The position numbers were made by a program, and so were the translations under genes. A model generated the notes under the pieces. That model worked only from the letters and a program-made list of their open reading frames with translations. It made no database searches and was not told where the DNA came from. From positions 62,001-126,000 of the forward strand of contig JAMWBK010000001.1 in NCBI GenBank assembly GCA_029953675.1: 64,000 nucleotides of DNA. Reading direction: 5' to 3'. Below, in pieces: positions 63,670 to 64,000 of the stretch (position 1 is the stretch's first letter; each line of letters starts with the position of its first letter). The stretch is from Rhodosorus marinus CCMP1338 (lineage: Eukaryota > Plantae > Rhodophyta).

Positions 63670-64000
63670 CTACGCAGTGGGAGGGCATCTCTTCACAACC
63701 TCATTCTCCCCAGCAGGCGTGATTCGATAAAAGTAGTGCTCGATCCATCCCATCAGTCCGGATCGTTTCCTAATGTTCACGTTCATATCTTTGAGCAGAT
63801 CGTCGTGGTAAGACTGCATGTGTAACTGTATGCAGCTTGCTCTCATCGCGTTCATTGGCGTAATCGCCCTCCTCGACTGTCTCATATCCCAGATATCCAG
63901 CACCATTTCTTTATGTGACGGTCTTGGCATTGCGTTTGTAAGCAAAGCGGCAAGCCACTTGGCTTGAACCATGTGCGTCATGGGGTTTATGGCCGTGAAA
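63670..64000 (-). CDS. Flavin-containing monooxygenase, copy 5 (3' part only; continues beyond the window)
   Basis: Frame is open to the window edge: FTAINPMTHMVQAKWLA..SYHDDLLKDMNVN..GLMGWIEHY. This aligns with the copy 4 C-terminus (FMNPVTFDLQARWL..AYHDDLLTDMGMN..GILGWIEHY). Confidence 0.9.
   Translation of the reverse strand, partial: FTAINPMTHMVQAKWLAALLTNAMPRPSHKEMVLDIWDMRQSRRAITPMNAMRASCIQLHMQSYHDDLLKDMNVNIRKRSGLMGWIEHYFYRITPAGENEVVKRCPPTA

Overview
Eukaryotic nuclear DNA, most likely from a red alga (inference from MAFV/MNVLGFV-type plastid presequences, short GT-AG introns and gene content). The left half (1-32 kb) holds housekeeping genes, the conserved ones mostly with 70-142 bp introns: a BAR-like protein, DUF393, RPL7A, SLX9-like, DUF1279, RPS15A, two alpha/beta hydrolases, a divergent IGPS, an NDR kinase, V-ATPase subunit c, DNMT2 and a tandem-BRCT protein. 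The right half (32-64 kb) is an accessory-type region. It contains an intronless secreted GH86 beta-porphyranase/agarase-like gene, a PAPS sulfotransferase with a truncated duplicate, an MFS transporter, and a co-oriented array of at least five flavin monooxygenases that runs off the window end. Copia/Gypsy retroelement relics and short tandem duplications are interspersed. All family calls come from motif recognition by eye; no searches were run. Exon boundaries were inferred manually from GT-AG sites and reading-frame continuity.
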